From positions 216,196,001 to 216,260,000 of the forward strand of contig NC_086097.1 of the NCBI RefSeq assembly GCF_963921235.1: a stretch of DNA of 64,000 bases. The letters run 5' to 3'. The position numbers were made by a program, and so were the translations under genes. How positions within the stretch are numbered: position 1 is the first letter of the stretch; each line of letters begins with the position of its first letter. Source of the DNA: Mobula hypostoma (taxonomy: Eukaryota). Below are positions 1-11,970 of the stretch, piece after piece. A model generated the notes under the pieces. It saw only the letters and a list, made by a program, of their open reading frames with translations, was not told where the DNA came from and did no database searches.

Positions 1-1642
1 GGTGATTGTAGTGATGACTTGCAGTGGACTGAAAATCTTGATCATGTAGCTATTAAGAAAGAGGATGTGCTGGAGCTTTTGGAAAGCATAAAGTTGGATA
101 AGTCGTCGGGACCAGATGAGATGTACCCCAGGCTACTGTGGAAGGCGAGGGAGGAGATTGCTAAGCCTCTGGCGATGATTTTTGAATCATCAATGGGGAC
201 GGGAGAGGTTCCGGAAGATTGGAGGGTTGCGGATGTTGTTCCTTTATTCAAGAAAGGGAGCAGAGACAGCCCAGGAAATTATAGACCAGTGAGTCTTACT
301 TCAGTGGTTGGTAAGTTGATGGAGAAGATCCTGAGAGGCAGGATTTATGAACATTTGGAAAGGTATAATATGATTAGGAATAGTCAGCATGTCAGGGGCA
401 GGTCATGCATTACGAACCTGATTGAATTTTTTGAGAATGTGACTGAACACATTGATGAAGGAAAAGCAGTAGATGTTGTGTATATGGATTTCAGCAAGGC
501 ATTTGATAAGGTACCCCATGCAAAGCTTATTAAGAAAGTAAGGACGCATGGATCCAAAGAGACATTGCTTTGTGGATCCAGAATTGGTTTACCCACAGAA
601 GGCAAAGAGTGGTTGCAGACGGGTCATATTCTGCATGGAGGCCGGTGACCAGTGGTGTGCCTCAGGGATCTGTTCTTGGGCCCTTACTCTTTGTGATTTT
701 TATAAATGTTCTGGATGAGGAAGTGGAGGGGTGGGTTAGGAAGTTTGCTGATGACACAAATGTTGGAGGTGTTGTGTCAGAGGTTACAGTGGGACATTGA
801 TAGGATGCAAAACTGGGCTGAGAATTGGCAGATGGAGTTCAACCCAGATAAGTGTGAAGTGGTTCATTTTGGTAGGTCAAATATGATGGCAGAATATAGT
901 ATTAATGGTAAGACTCTTGGCAGTGTGGAGGTTCAGAGGGATCTTGGGGTCTGAGTCCATAGGACACTCAAAGCAGCTGCGCAGGTTGACTCTGTGGTTA
1001 AGAAGGCATACGGTGCATTGGCCTTCATCAATTGTGGAATTGAACTTAGGAGCCGAGAGGTAATGTTGCAGCTATATAGAACCCTGATCAGACCCCACTT
1101 GGAGTACTGTGCTCAGTTCTGGTCACCTCACTACAGGAAGGATGTGGAAGCCATAGAAATGGTGCAGAGGAGATTTACAAGGATGTTGCCTGGATTGGGG
1201 AGCATGCCTTATGAGAATAGGTTGAGTGAACTCGGCCATTTCTCCTTGGAGCAGAGGAGGAAGAGAGGTGACCTGATAGAGGTGTATAAGATGATGAGAG
1301 GCATTGATCGTGTGGATAGTCAGAGGCCTTTTCCCAGGGCTGAAATAGTTGCCACAAGGGGACACAGGTTTAAGGTGCTGGGGAGTAGGTACAGAGGAGA
1401 TGTCAGGGGTAAGTTTTTTTACACAGAGAGTAGTGAGTGCATGGAATGGGCTGCCGGCAACGGTGGTGGAGGCAGATACGATAGGGTCTTTTAAGAGACT
1501 TTTGGATAGGTACATGGAGCTTAGAAAAATAGAGGGCTATGGGTAAGCCTAGTAATTTCTATGGTAGGGACATGTTTGGCACAACTTTGTGGGTCAAAGG
1601 GCCTGTATTGTGCTGTTAGTTTTCTATGTGTCTATGTTTCTA
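1..1642 (+). mobile_element. CR1 LINE, ORF2 (RT) to 3' tail, cut by window start, frameshifted
   Basis: ORF pieces 19-648 (GPDEMYPRLL, NYRPVSLTS, YMDFSKAFDKVPH), 570-800 ([18 protein letters not shown]) and 994-1494 (RPHLEYCAQFWSPH). It ends in a (TTTCTATG)-type microsatellite tail at about 1620-1642. Confidence 0.95.
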
Positions 1643-1644
1643 AA

Positions 1645-2800
1645 GCTACAATGTCATAATTCCATGTGTTGATCCATGCTCTAAGCTCAACCACCTTTCC
1701 TACATTACTCCTGGCATTGAAATATACACAGGTCGGACCATTATTCCCACCAACCTCAACCTTTTGATTCCTGACTTGTATGTAGCCTTAACAACAACTG
1801 TCTCCTTGCCGACTCCACTATCTGTTCTAGCACTCTGGTCCCCACCTTCCTGCAGCTCTAGTTTAACACCCTCCTCCCCCTGTGCAGTACTGGGAAACTT
1901 TTCTGTTAGGATACTCGTGTTTCACCCCCCCCCCCACCGAGTTCAAGTGCACAGTGTCCCTTCTGTGCAGGTCCCACCTCCCTGGAAGAGGGCCCAATGA
2001 TCCAAAAATCTGAAGCTCTCCCTCCTGCACCAATTCATTAACCACATGTTAAGCTGTTTGATCTTCCTATTTCGGGTCTTACCAGCATGTGGTATGGATA
2101 GCAATCCTAAGACCACAACCCTAGAGGTCCCATCCTTTAACTTAGCACCTAATTTCCTGAACTCAACTTGCAGGGCCTCATCACCTGTCCTATCCATGCC
2201 ACGGGTACTGACGTGGAGCACGTCCTCTGGATGCTCACCGGCTCCCCACCACCATCACTTGAGAGTGCTGAGGACTCGATCTAAGATTTCCCTCACCCTG
2301 GCACCTGAGAGGCAACACTACAGCTCACCTCTTCTCCTCCACTTCCTTCTGAGCCACAGAGTCAAACTCAGTGCTATAGATCTGAAAGCTGTGGCTTTCC
2401 TCTACTTGATCATCCCCCCTCCCCACCGAACATTATCCAAAGCAGTATGCCTACTGTTGAGGAGAATGGCCACAGGCATACTCTGCACTGGCCCTGCACC
2501 TTGCATGTAACTACCTCCCTCTATGTCCTGTGTATCAAACCCTCACCCCTCTGAATGATCTAGCGTTCCAACTCCAACTCCTTAACCTGGTCTGTTAGGA
2601 GCTGCTGCAGGATGCACTGCTTGCAGATGTATTCAACAGGAACACTGGTGGTCTCCCTGCCTTCCCATCACCAGCAAGAGGAGAATTTCACTATCCTGCC
2701 TGTCATCGCCACTGCTGAAACTGTGTAGTACAAAAGAGAGAAAAATTAAGTGGAAAAATCTACCTATAGCCTTCGCCTCTCCTTGTCAAAGCCTCATTGA
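1645..2800 (-). mobile_element. CR1 5' fragment, decayed ORF1 (zinc finger/zipper plus esterase-like domain)
   Basis: ORF 1943-2221 (EFRKLGAKLK...LNMWLMNWCRRESFRFLDHW) is typical of CR1 ORF1 esterase. The minus strand at about 2600-2635 reads EYICKQCILQQL. Confidence 0.8.
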
Positions 2801-4338
2801 GCCAAGACTTCAACTTCTCATTCCAGCACAGACCCACTCACACAATGGCTGCTCTGCTTGACCTTGGTCCTTGCCAAGTGCCTAACTATGTTCAACCCAA
2901 TATCTCCACAGGAGGTGGTGACTTCTTCTGCTTGCTTCTTGTAAATGCTCCCTCTACGCTATCCAGTGTCTCCTCTGGACTGCTAAGCACATAAAGTGCC
3001 GACTAACCCTGCTCACTTCTCTTAAGCTCTCTCCCTCTCTCCTTCTATGCAAGTCCATGTTTCCTTGGACCATGGCAGGCACAAAAGTGCATAAGCGAAT
3101 CCTCTCTTACTACAAAAGAGATCTGAATTATGTGGGAGAGGATGAGATCTTCTGCTCCCATAATGCCCACAGAACTTACATAGCACGGTGAAGAGAATGA
3201 TTTGCACATCTGGTGTTGCTCAGCATGCCGAACCATTGACACCGCCTTAAGGATCTTGCCAAGTCCAGCTCTCTGGAGTCACCTTCCAGCAAGGGCAGTC
3301 ATTGATGATGAAATTCAGACCTACCTTTCAATGTGACAATAGACACAAGGAGCTCAGTGGCATACAAGTGGGGGTTTGCTGAGCACATGCTTTCTGTTTT
3401 TAAGTATGTTCTCTTTCATATTTATCTTTCCCCTATGCGTTGTTTCGTATGGGAATTAGTATGTAAGCATTTGAGGGAGAGATTATTCTCGCTATGCCTT
3501 AAGGGTGGCACCAGATGACAGCAGACCTGCTATTCTGACACCGATTACTATCACCCACAGATCCTGCAACTCCAGGGAGACTCAAAGCATTCTGTCTGAG
3601 CTGCCCACACCTAGAATTGTACGTGGGAATGCATCATTTTGGCACAAGTCAGAAAAATAGTTTGAATTTCACCATATGCACCCGAGAGAAATGCGTATGT
3701 TGGTTAAAGACAATTGCCCATGGAATATGGAAGATAGTGTGGTGGTACTGATGAAATACAGCACATGGACAACTGGTAGGAGTGACAGAAGGAGGTTAGA
3801 CATCGTTTCTTTAAGGGAGAGGTGAGGGAGGAAGTGAGAGTAACTAGGAAATGATGTCAATTGTTCAGAAAGCTGATGAGCCTATCAGAGATAGGAGAGA
3901 AGACAAATTAGCTAGGCCCCTTCAGTGGATGGGCCATTGGGCAAAAGGACACACCAGGACTGGGAGCTATTGGAGAGAGATCCTTTCTGCCATTCAAATA
4001 TAGAGTGTCCCAAACCTTCCTGTAGATGGATCAACAGGTCTGAGAGACTTGTGATTATACTGACGATCTTCTATTGAGGCATAGAATGTGAACTATTCCC
4101 TGTAAACCTGAGAGAAAATAGGCTATCCAACCGATGTCCCTTGCCTATACAGTAACTACTGACAAATATGTCTGATCATTTGAATTATTTGGCCAAGATA
4201 AGAATGCAACATAACCATAATGGGCCAGCAGGGGAGGAGGCAGCAAGCAAAGCGTCCTGAATAACAAAGCCACCATCTCTAAATATTAATCACTGAAAGG
4301 ATAAATGTACCTAAGAAGAGGATAAGGTCAAATGCTAA

Positions 4339-4964
4339 TGTAATGCCCTGGTTCATATGTTTTACTGTTATGCTGTAGGTATTTCATTTTGTGCTGTTCT
4401 GTGTGAGCTTCTTGTTTTCAGCTTACGTTTGGGTTATTGTTGAGGATAAGAGATGAGGAGAAATGTCTGCCATCCAATTCGGATGGTCGAATTGAAGGGG
4501 AGGTTTCTCTCGTGAGGGACACTAAATTGGGCTTGGGCGTTTATTTGGTTTGAGCGAGATGAAGAGAGAAGATGCCGGAGGGAAGAGGTCGTAGCATCTG
4601 ACCCAGAGCGGGACAGTGATTTGACAGAGCCCGGAGTGAGATCAATTGAGGATCGGTGACCTGGGAAAACTGTGAGCTCCAACTTCTGCACATTAGACTA
4701 TTTCATTAAAATGGGCCCTTTCCTTTTTTTGTTCTTTTCTCTACTAACTCTTTATGCAAATAAAGAATGATAAAGCTAACTCTTTTAATTGTATGTGGTG
4801 ACTGTCTGTTATTTCGTGGCACTCATTGGTAACGGGTTAACGAATGACACAGCATCCACGCAAACAGGGGGTTCGCGGTGGGTTTGCACCTCAATCTCAC
4901 ACGTTTGGTGGGCCAGAGATTATCCTCCCCAGATTTATGCAGTCAAGGAAACCAGGGTGTTTCG
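4339..4964. mobile_element. Solo LTR (Gypsy-type)
   Basis: It starts TGTAATGCCCTGGTT and ends AACCAGGGTGTTTCG, which are imperfect inverted termini. Flanks are CTAA/CTAG (degenerate 4-bp TSD). There is an internal AATAAA near 4760 and no coding similarity. Confidence 0.6.
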
Positions 4965-5622
4965 CTAGGAACATCGTTTTATTGCTATCAGTGAAAAGAT
5001 CTTGTACATAGCTGATAAGGGATGATAGATAGTTTTTTTGTAGCTCCACAAAGCTGAGTAATCAGTTCCTTGGTGAAGGATTGTTTTACTTCCCTTCTTA
5101 ATTAGAATCCTCTAAAGGATTGGCTTCCCTTGGAAAGAATCCTGTCCATAGACTTTTCTTGGAATTGTGAAATTATGGATGGCAAATATTAATTAAAAAT
5201 GAAACACGTTGCTCAGGAAATAAAACCTGTTCACGATTCAACTTCAGCTAATATTTTAAGGCCATGAAAACCAATCACTGAGTGTGGGACATCCTGATTC
5301 CTTACTAGCAAATATGCAGAAGAAGATAATTGATGTTCATGTTAGTTGGACTTTCATGATGAGATCAGGAAGGCGTTAAATATCCTCTCTGGTATTAACA
5401 CATTGTTAAAGTTGCCACGCAAAATGCAGTTCAGGACATATGTGTTTTGTCACTTAATATCCTGGCTTCTCCCTGATATATTCAAGGAGCTATCTTTCAA
5501 TACTGTAATAAAAGCGATATACTTGAGACTAGAATTTCACTCGTATTTGCATATTCAGGGAGGTTATACCTTTGTAAATAGGCAATTCTGCACAGTTACC
5601 TACAAGTTACCAAAGTTATCTA

Positions 5623-7197
5623 CAAACCCCAGTTCCAGAAAAGTTGGGATATTTTCCAAAATGCAATAAAAACAAAAATCTGTGATATGTTAAGTCACAT
5701 GAACCTTTATTTAACTGACAAAAGAACAAAGAAAAGATTTTCAATAGTTTTACTGACAAACTTAATTGTATTTTGTAAATATACGCACATTTAGAATTTG
5801 ATGGCGGCAACACACTCAACAAAAGTTGGGACAGAGGCATGTTTACCATTGTGTTACATCACCTTTCATTTTAATAACACTTTTTAATCGTTTCGGAACT
5901 GAGGATACTAATTGTAGTAGATTTGCAATTGGAAATTTTGTCCATTCTTGCTTGATATAAGACTTCAGCTGCTCAACAGTCTGTGGTCTCCGTTGTCTGA
6001 TTCTCCTCTTCATGATGCGCAATACATTTTCAATAGGAGATAGATCTGGACTGGCAGCAGGCCAGTCAAGCACACGCACTGTGTGTCTACAAAGCCATGC
6101 TGTTGTAGCCCGTGCAGAATGTGGTCCGGCATTGTCCTGCATGGACGTCCCGGGAAGAAACATATGTCTCTCTAAAATCCTAATGTACGCCTCAGAGTCA
6201 ATGGTACCTTCACATACATACAACTCACCCATGCCGTGGGCACTGATGCACCCCCATACCATCACAGATGTTGGCTTTTGCACCTATCGCTGATAACAAT
6301 CTGGATGGTCGTTTTCATCTTTGGCACGGAGAACTCGACACCCATTTTTTCCGAAAACTAGCTGAAATGTGGACTCATCTGACCACAGCACACGGTTCCA
6401 CAGTCTTTCGGTCCATCTGAGATGAGCTCGGGCCCGGAGAACTCGCCGGCGTTTCTGCATAGAGTTGATGTATGGCTTCCTCCTTGCGTAATACAGTTTC
6501 AAGTTGCATTTCTGGATGCAGCGACAGACTGTGTTGAGTGACAATGGTTTTCCGAAGTACTCCTGAGCCCAGGTGGCTATAATTGTCACAGTAGCATGAC
6601 GGTTTCTTAGGCAGTGCCGCCTGAGGGCTTGAAGATCATGCGCATTCAACAGTGGTTTCCGACCTTGCCCTTTACGCACTGAGATGTCTCTGAATTCTCT
6701 GAATCTTTTCACAATATTATGTACTGTAGATGTTGAAAGCCTAAATTCTCTGCAATCTTGCATTGAGAAATGTTCCTTTTGAACTGACGAACAATTCTTT
6801 CACGAATTTTGGCACAAAGGGGTGAGCCACGACCCATCCTTGCTTGCAAAGACTGAGCCTTTGATGGACGCTACTTTTATACCCAGTCATGATACCTCAC
6901 CTGCTACCAATTAGCCTGCTTAATGTGAAGTCTTCCAAACCAGTATTACTTGAATATTCTGTGCACTTTTCAATCTTATTTTAACTCTGCCCCAACTTTC
7001 GTTGAGTGTGTTGCAGCCTTCAAATTCTAAATTTGCGTATATTTATAAAATACAATTAAGTTGGTCAGTAAAACTATTGAAAATCTTTTCTTTGTACTTT
7101 TGTCAGTTAAATAAAGGTTCACGTGAATTAACATATCACAGATTTTTGTTTTTATTGCATTTTGGAAAATACCCAACTTTTCTGGAAATGGGGTTTG
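5623..7197 (-). mobile_element. Tc1-family DNA transposon, full length, IR/DR-type TIRs
   Basis: TIRs of about 210 bp (5623-~5835 and ~6985-7197, CAAACCCC...GGGGTTTG), each with two AAAGTTGGG direct repeats. TA dinucleotides flank it at 5621-5622 and 7198-7199. Confidence 0.97.
5843..6837 (-). pseudogene. DD34E Tc1 transposase, disrupted
   Basis: Starts MGRGSPLCAKIRERIV at 6837. Motifs are WSDES and QDNAGPH-...-SPDLSPIE with 34 residues between D and E. Lesions are a frameshift near 6740, a TAG stop at 6284-6286 and a short deletion near 6150. Confidence 0.95.
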
Positions 7198-7444
7198 TAC
7201 ATTCAAAATGTAAAAGTTGAGCAAAAATTATAACCATTGAAATTGTAGTCAATCGTTTATTGTTATATTTGTGTTTAAGTAGGATAAAACAATCTGTGGA
7301 GAGAGGAGTGATCCAATGTCCAGGAGGTCTGCTATGATAAATGAAGTCCTTATATGTCTCCCAGCTACACCTTCTGTGTGGGCCAGTTCAGCAGTCACAA
7401 CAATCATCAATCCCTGATGCTTGTGTGGCACAAATATTCCTCAC

Positions 7445-7540
7445 CACCTATAAGCCAGGACATCTTCAAGGACCAATGTCTCAAAAAGGCGGCATCCATC
7501 ATTAACGATCCCCATCACCCAGAACATGCCCTGCTCTCAT
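7445..7540 (+). mobile_element. Rex1/Babar 3' fragment
   Basis: QDIFKDQCLKKAASIINDPHHPEHALLS matches the C-terminus of the other Rex1 copies in this window. Confidence 0.75.
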
Positions 7541-7549
7541 GGATATATA

Positions 7550-8000
7550 CAGATCTCTGACTATCACAGCCATCCTTCTTTGTGTTAGGTATGATCCCAA
7601 CCAGTGGACAGTTTCCCTCCCAACACCGAGAGACTCTAGTTTAGCCCGGACTCCTTGATGCCACACTTGGTCAAATGTTGCCTTGATGTCAAGAGCAGTC
7701 ACTCTCACTCCAGCTCTGGGATTAATTGTCTATGTTCAGAGTAAGGCTGTAATGAGATTAGCAGTTGAGTGACTTTGGTGGAACTCCAACTGAGCTTCGA
7801 TGAGCAGGTTGTTGCTAAGCGAACAGCGCGTGGTAGGACTAAGGATTGTACCTTTCCCAGTGACTGAGAGTACACTGATAGGATGGTAAAGGTCCCTGAT
7901 GGACTTTGTCCTGCTTCCTGTGATCACACCACAGTGATGGTAGGTGCCAGTGTTGTAACTGTAATGGAATATTTTTGCCAAGGACACAGCATGTTATGGA
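7550..8000 (-). mobile_element. CR1/L2-group LINE RT fragment (family distinct from the main CR1)
   Basis: ORFs 7502-7708 (VTALDIKATFDQVWHQG...WLGSYLTQRRMAVIV) and 7736-7987 (YHPISVLS...LSNNLLIEAQLEF). Confidence 0.8.
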
Positions 8001-8016
8001 GAACAAGTCATGTATT

Positions 8017-8058
8017 TGTGTGTGTGTGTGTGTGCGTGCACGTGTGTGTGTGAGAGAG
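8017..8058. repeat. (TG)n microsatellite, interrupted, ending in GA repeats
   Basis: Read directly from the sequence. Confidence 0.95.
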
Positions 8059-8179
8059 TCGGAGTCAGAGTCATTGTCATATGCCGGATACAATGGAAAC
8101 TTTGCAACAGCATCACAAGCATGCATATATGTGAATGTGAGTCTGTGTGTGCAAGTAAATGAGGGATAAACATAATTTC

Positions 8180-8560
8180 TTATCAGATTCCAGATTGGTA
8201 GCCCATTCTGTTCTTGCTTATCTCCCTCCAGCAGCTGTTTCCAACTTTCACTTCCCTCTCCTCCAAATGTGCCTCTTTTTCTTTGTCTGCATCCATCTTT
8301 CATCCACCTGCCACTGTCTCTCAGCTGCATCCTTACTCCTCTCACCTACCTGTCACTATCTGCCTGTCATGTTTCACCTCTCATCATTATACCAACCACC
8401 TCAAACTCCTGTCTCACTACTCCTCTTCTTCTTTCTATCCTGGCATCTTGCCTCTCCACTCTAGTCTGATCCAGGGCTTCAACCCGAAATGCTAACAAAT
8501 CTCTTCCTCCCACAGATGCTGATCAACCCACTGAGTTCCTCCGGCAGATTTTTGTTGAGT
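8180..8560 (+). mobile_element. Old Penelope-like element terminal repeat remnant
   Basis: A pyrimidine-rich tract is followed by CTGATCCAGGGCTTCAACCCGAAA...CAGATGCTG...CTGAGTTCCTCC, similar to the PLE end at 40200-40500. Confidence 0.65.
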
Positions 8561-9245
8561 GATAGGCAGAGCATGTGTTATGAGGAAAGGTATTAGGAGA
8601 GAGTAAAAAGAGGTGAAGACAAAGAGTGTGGATGAAATTAATACTGTGAGATCAACATATCTATTTTTAACACTGTCCAGCCATGCTGGCAAAGTTGCTC
8701 CCAACAAACACCTTCCTGCCGGTGTTGCCATCCAGGATCCCTGCAGAGTCTTCACGTCCCCCTTGAACATAGGACATCCTCCCAATGAATTCTGTGATCC
8801 ATCAGACTCTCAGAGTCCCAGTGCGGAAGACCTTTCTCTGGCAACTGGAAGATTGCTGGCAAAGTTGTAAGTCAGTGCCTTTCCGATACATGAGCTCTCA
8901 GCTAGAAGTACAAGTATTGGCAGCTGTGAGAACTTCAACTGCAACCTCTCAGTAATACCCACTAAGAATTGTATGAGAGAGACAGACAGTACTTCCTTTT
9001 CAAGGGTACTGAGCATTATCACAAACTTTTGTTAATCAATACTGGTAAGAAATTTCTGGCCCTGTTTAATTCTCTGAAGCACTTGGACAATCTCTAGATT
9101 TATTTCTGTACAGAAATCACATTCCTCAGTCACTAATGACACATATTTTGGCTAAGCAATACAAGATCCATTCAGAAAATCACCAAATTATTGATGATTA
9201 ATGCTTATTTACACTGATCAGTAGATGAATCTGTGAAAGTCACCA

Positions 9246-10390
9246 TTCAATTGAATTGAATTGAATACTTAAATCCTTCATATACACGAGGAGTAAAAAT
9301 CTTTACATTATGTCTCCATCTAAGTGTGCAATATGCAGTTTAGGGTAATGTATAATAAATAGTATGTACAACAGAATAGACAATATAACATAGAAATACA
9401 GTTGTGTCAGCATGAATTAATCGGTCTGATGGCCTGGTGGAAGAAGCTGTCCTGGTCTTGGCTTTAACACTGTGGTACCGTTCCCCGGATGGTAGCAGCT
9501 GAAACAGTTTATAGTTGGGGTGACTCGGGTCTCCAATGATCCTTTGGGCCCTTTTTACACACCTGTCTTTATAAATGTCTTGAATACTGGGAAGTTCACA
9601 TTTACAGATGTGCTGCACCAGTCTCTGCAGAATCCTGTACTTAAGGGAGGTACAGTTCCCATACCAGGCAGTGATGCAGCCAGTCAGGATACTCTCAGTT
9701 GTGCCCCTGTAGAAAGTTCTTAGGATTTGGGGCCCACACCAAACTTCTTCAGCTGTCTGAGGTGAAGGAGACACTGTTGTGCCTTTTTCACCACACAGCT
9801 GGCATGTACAGACCATATAAGATCCTCGGTGATGTTTATGCCGAGGAACTTAAAGCTGTTCACCCTCTCAACACCAGATCCATTGATGTCAGTAGGGGCT
9901 AGCCTGTTTCCATTCCTCCTGTAATCCACAACCAGCGCCTTTATTTTTGCGACATTGAGGGAGAGGTTGTTTTCTTGCCACCACTGTGTCAGGGTGATAA
10001 CTTCTTCTCTGTAGGCTGCCTCATTACTAATTGAGGTTAGGCCAATCAGCATAGTGTCATCAGCAAATTTATTTAGCAGTTTGGAGCTGTGGGTGGCGAC
10101 ACAGTCATGGGTATACAGAGAGTAAAGGAGGGGACTCAGTACACAGCCCTAGGGGGGCAGCTTTGTTGAGGCTTCAGAGGGCAGAGGTGAGGGAGCCCAC
10201 TCTTACCACCTGCCAGCAATCTGACAGGAAGTTCAGGATCCTGCTACACAAGGCAGGGTGAAGGCCGAGGTCTCTGAGCTTCTTGTCGAGCCTGGGGGGA
10301 ATTCTGGTGTTGAATGCTCAACTGTGGTCCAAGAACAGCATTTTCACATAAGCATCCCTCCTCTCCAGATGTCTAAGGATGGTGTAAGGA
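9246..10390 (-). mobile_element. Rex1/Babar LINE, 5'-truncated RT and 3' tail
   Basis: ORFs 9720-10052 (ENNLSLNVAKIKALVVDYRR, FKFLGINITEDL) and 9340-9816 (ESILTGCITAWYGNC). An (ATTCA)n tail lies at about 9246-9268. Confidence 0.92.
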
Positions 10391-10863
10391 CTGAAATTTC
10401 AGACGGACTGTGAGGACAAGGATATTGTTTGAATGTCTGGTGCATCTAATGAAGAGTTGGCTGTTGTGGAGAAAAGTAATAAGGACTGAACTGTGCAGAT
10501 CATCAATTGTTTATGGCTCAAGATGTCTCCAAACTCAGCACGTCTGCTGTCTGATGTGAAAGGCTGCAACATGCTCAAAGTCTGGATGCATCCAATTTAC
10601 ATCCGGTCCTTAAGCTGATGGTAGGGAGGGCTGGTGTGCGACAAGGATCCGATTCATTTAAAATTGATCCTGCAAACCTGCAGGATAGTCTGGAATTGCA
10701 GCTCATTTGCTGCCTGGAGCAGGTTCATTCTCTCTGGATGCCTGTTGGGAGCGCAAGGTCGACTAGCCACCAGCACTGTGATCTTCAATGGAATATGTGT
10801 AGGCAATGGATAGTGCAGACCACTCAGATAAACAGAGGCATTCCCAAAATGTCACACGTTGTT

Positions 10864-11370
10864 GTTCAAAGTTCAAAGTATAATTTATTATCAGAGTACA
10901 TAGATGTCACCACATACAACCCTGGGACTCTTTTTCTGCTGTCATACTTTGCAAATCTATAGAACAGTAACTGTAAACAGGATCTGTAAATGTACGTAAA
11001 CTATGCAAATGCAGGTAAGAAATAAATAGCAATAAATAATGAGCATGAAATAACAAGATAAAGGAGTCCTTAAATGAGTGTAGTTATCCCCTTTTGTTCA
11101 AGAGCCTGATGGTTGAGGGGTTGTAACTGTCCTTGAACCTGGTGGTGTGAGTCCTGAGGCTCCTGTACCTTCTACCCAATGGCAGCAGTGAGAAAAGAGC
11201 GTGGCCTGACTGGTGAGGATCTTTGATGATGGATGCCACTTTTCAATGGCACTATTTTATATAGATGTGCTCAATGGTTGGGAAGGTTTTACCCTTGATG
11301 TACTGGGCCGAATCTGCTGCCTTGTGTAGGATTTACCACTCCAAGGCATAGGTGTTCTCATACATGGGCT
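10864..11370 (-). mobile_element. Rex1/Babar 3' end fragment
   Basis: A (TTTGAAC)n-type tail at the left end, with nucleotide similarity to the 3' ends at 23080-23535 and 52400-52950. Confidence 0.75.
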
Positions 11371-11714
11371 TTTTTGCCTGAACAGGTCCCATTGTATGAG
11401 GCTGGCGATGGAAACTCATTACTATCCGCAGGAGGTCCACTAAAAAATTTAACTCCTACTATGGATATTGTGGCAACCCTTGTTCAAAATAATAGCGACA
11501 CCTGACCCCCATATCCCAGACTTTGAAATCCTGATTCCCACACTTTACTTGACTAATGCTGTAACCACTCTCGTTTCTCCACATGCTCTGCAATGGTGCA
11601 GTGTGCAGAGCAAAGACGTATGATTTTGTTCGGCCACATGTTTAACACTCTTCAGCCTTGGGCGCACTATGGAACGTTGTAGTGGACAACACCCCCACTG
11701 ACTGTGGTGCTGAG

Positions 11715-11970
11715 GAATTTTAGGAAAAGTATTGGGGAATGTCAGAGGTATGATTTTTTTCTTATTCAGAGAGCAGTAGGTGCATGGAATGTACTACTGT
11801 GGATAACAGTAGAGATATATTAGGATTGATTAGGGTTATTTAAGAGACTCTTGGACAAATCTTATGGATGAAGAAAAATGGAAGGCTATGTGGGAGGAAA
11901 GTGCTAGATTAACAGTTTGGCACAACATTGTGGACCATGTCTGTATTGTGCTGCACTGTTCTATGTTCTT
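11715..11970 (+). mobile_element. CR1 3' end fragment
   Basis: Degenerate copy of 1375-1640 (GATGTCAGAGGTA...TTTAAGAGACTCTTGGA...TTCTATGTTCT). Confidence 0.75.

Noticed and set aside
3300..3385. Possible C/D box snoRNA (ATGATGA ... CTGA)
   Set aside because: No terminal stem, no clear C'/D' boxes and no guide complementarity that I recognise.
8613..8870. 85-aa ORF with a possible acceptor (CCAG at 8677-8680) and donor (GTAAGT near 8867), considered as a host exon
   Set aside because: No recognisable protein similarity, a weak polypyrimidine tract and no supporting neighbouring exons. It would need RNA-seq.
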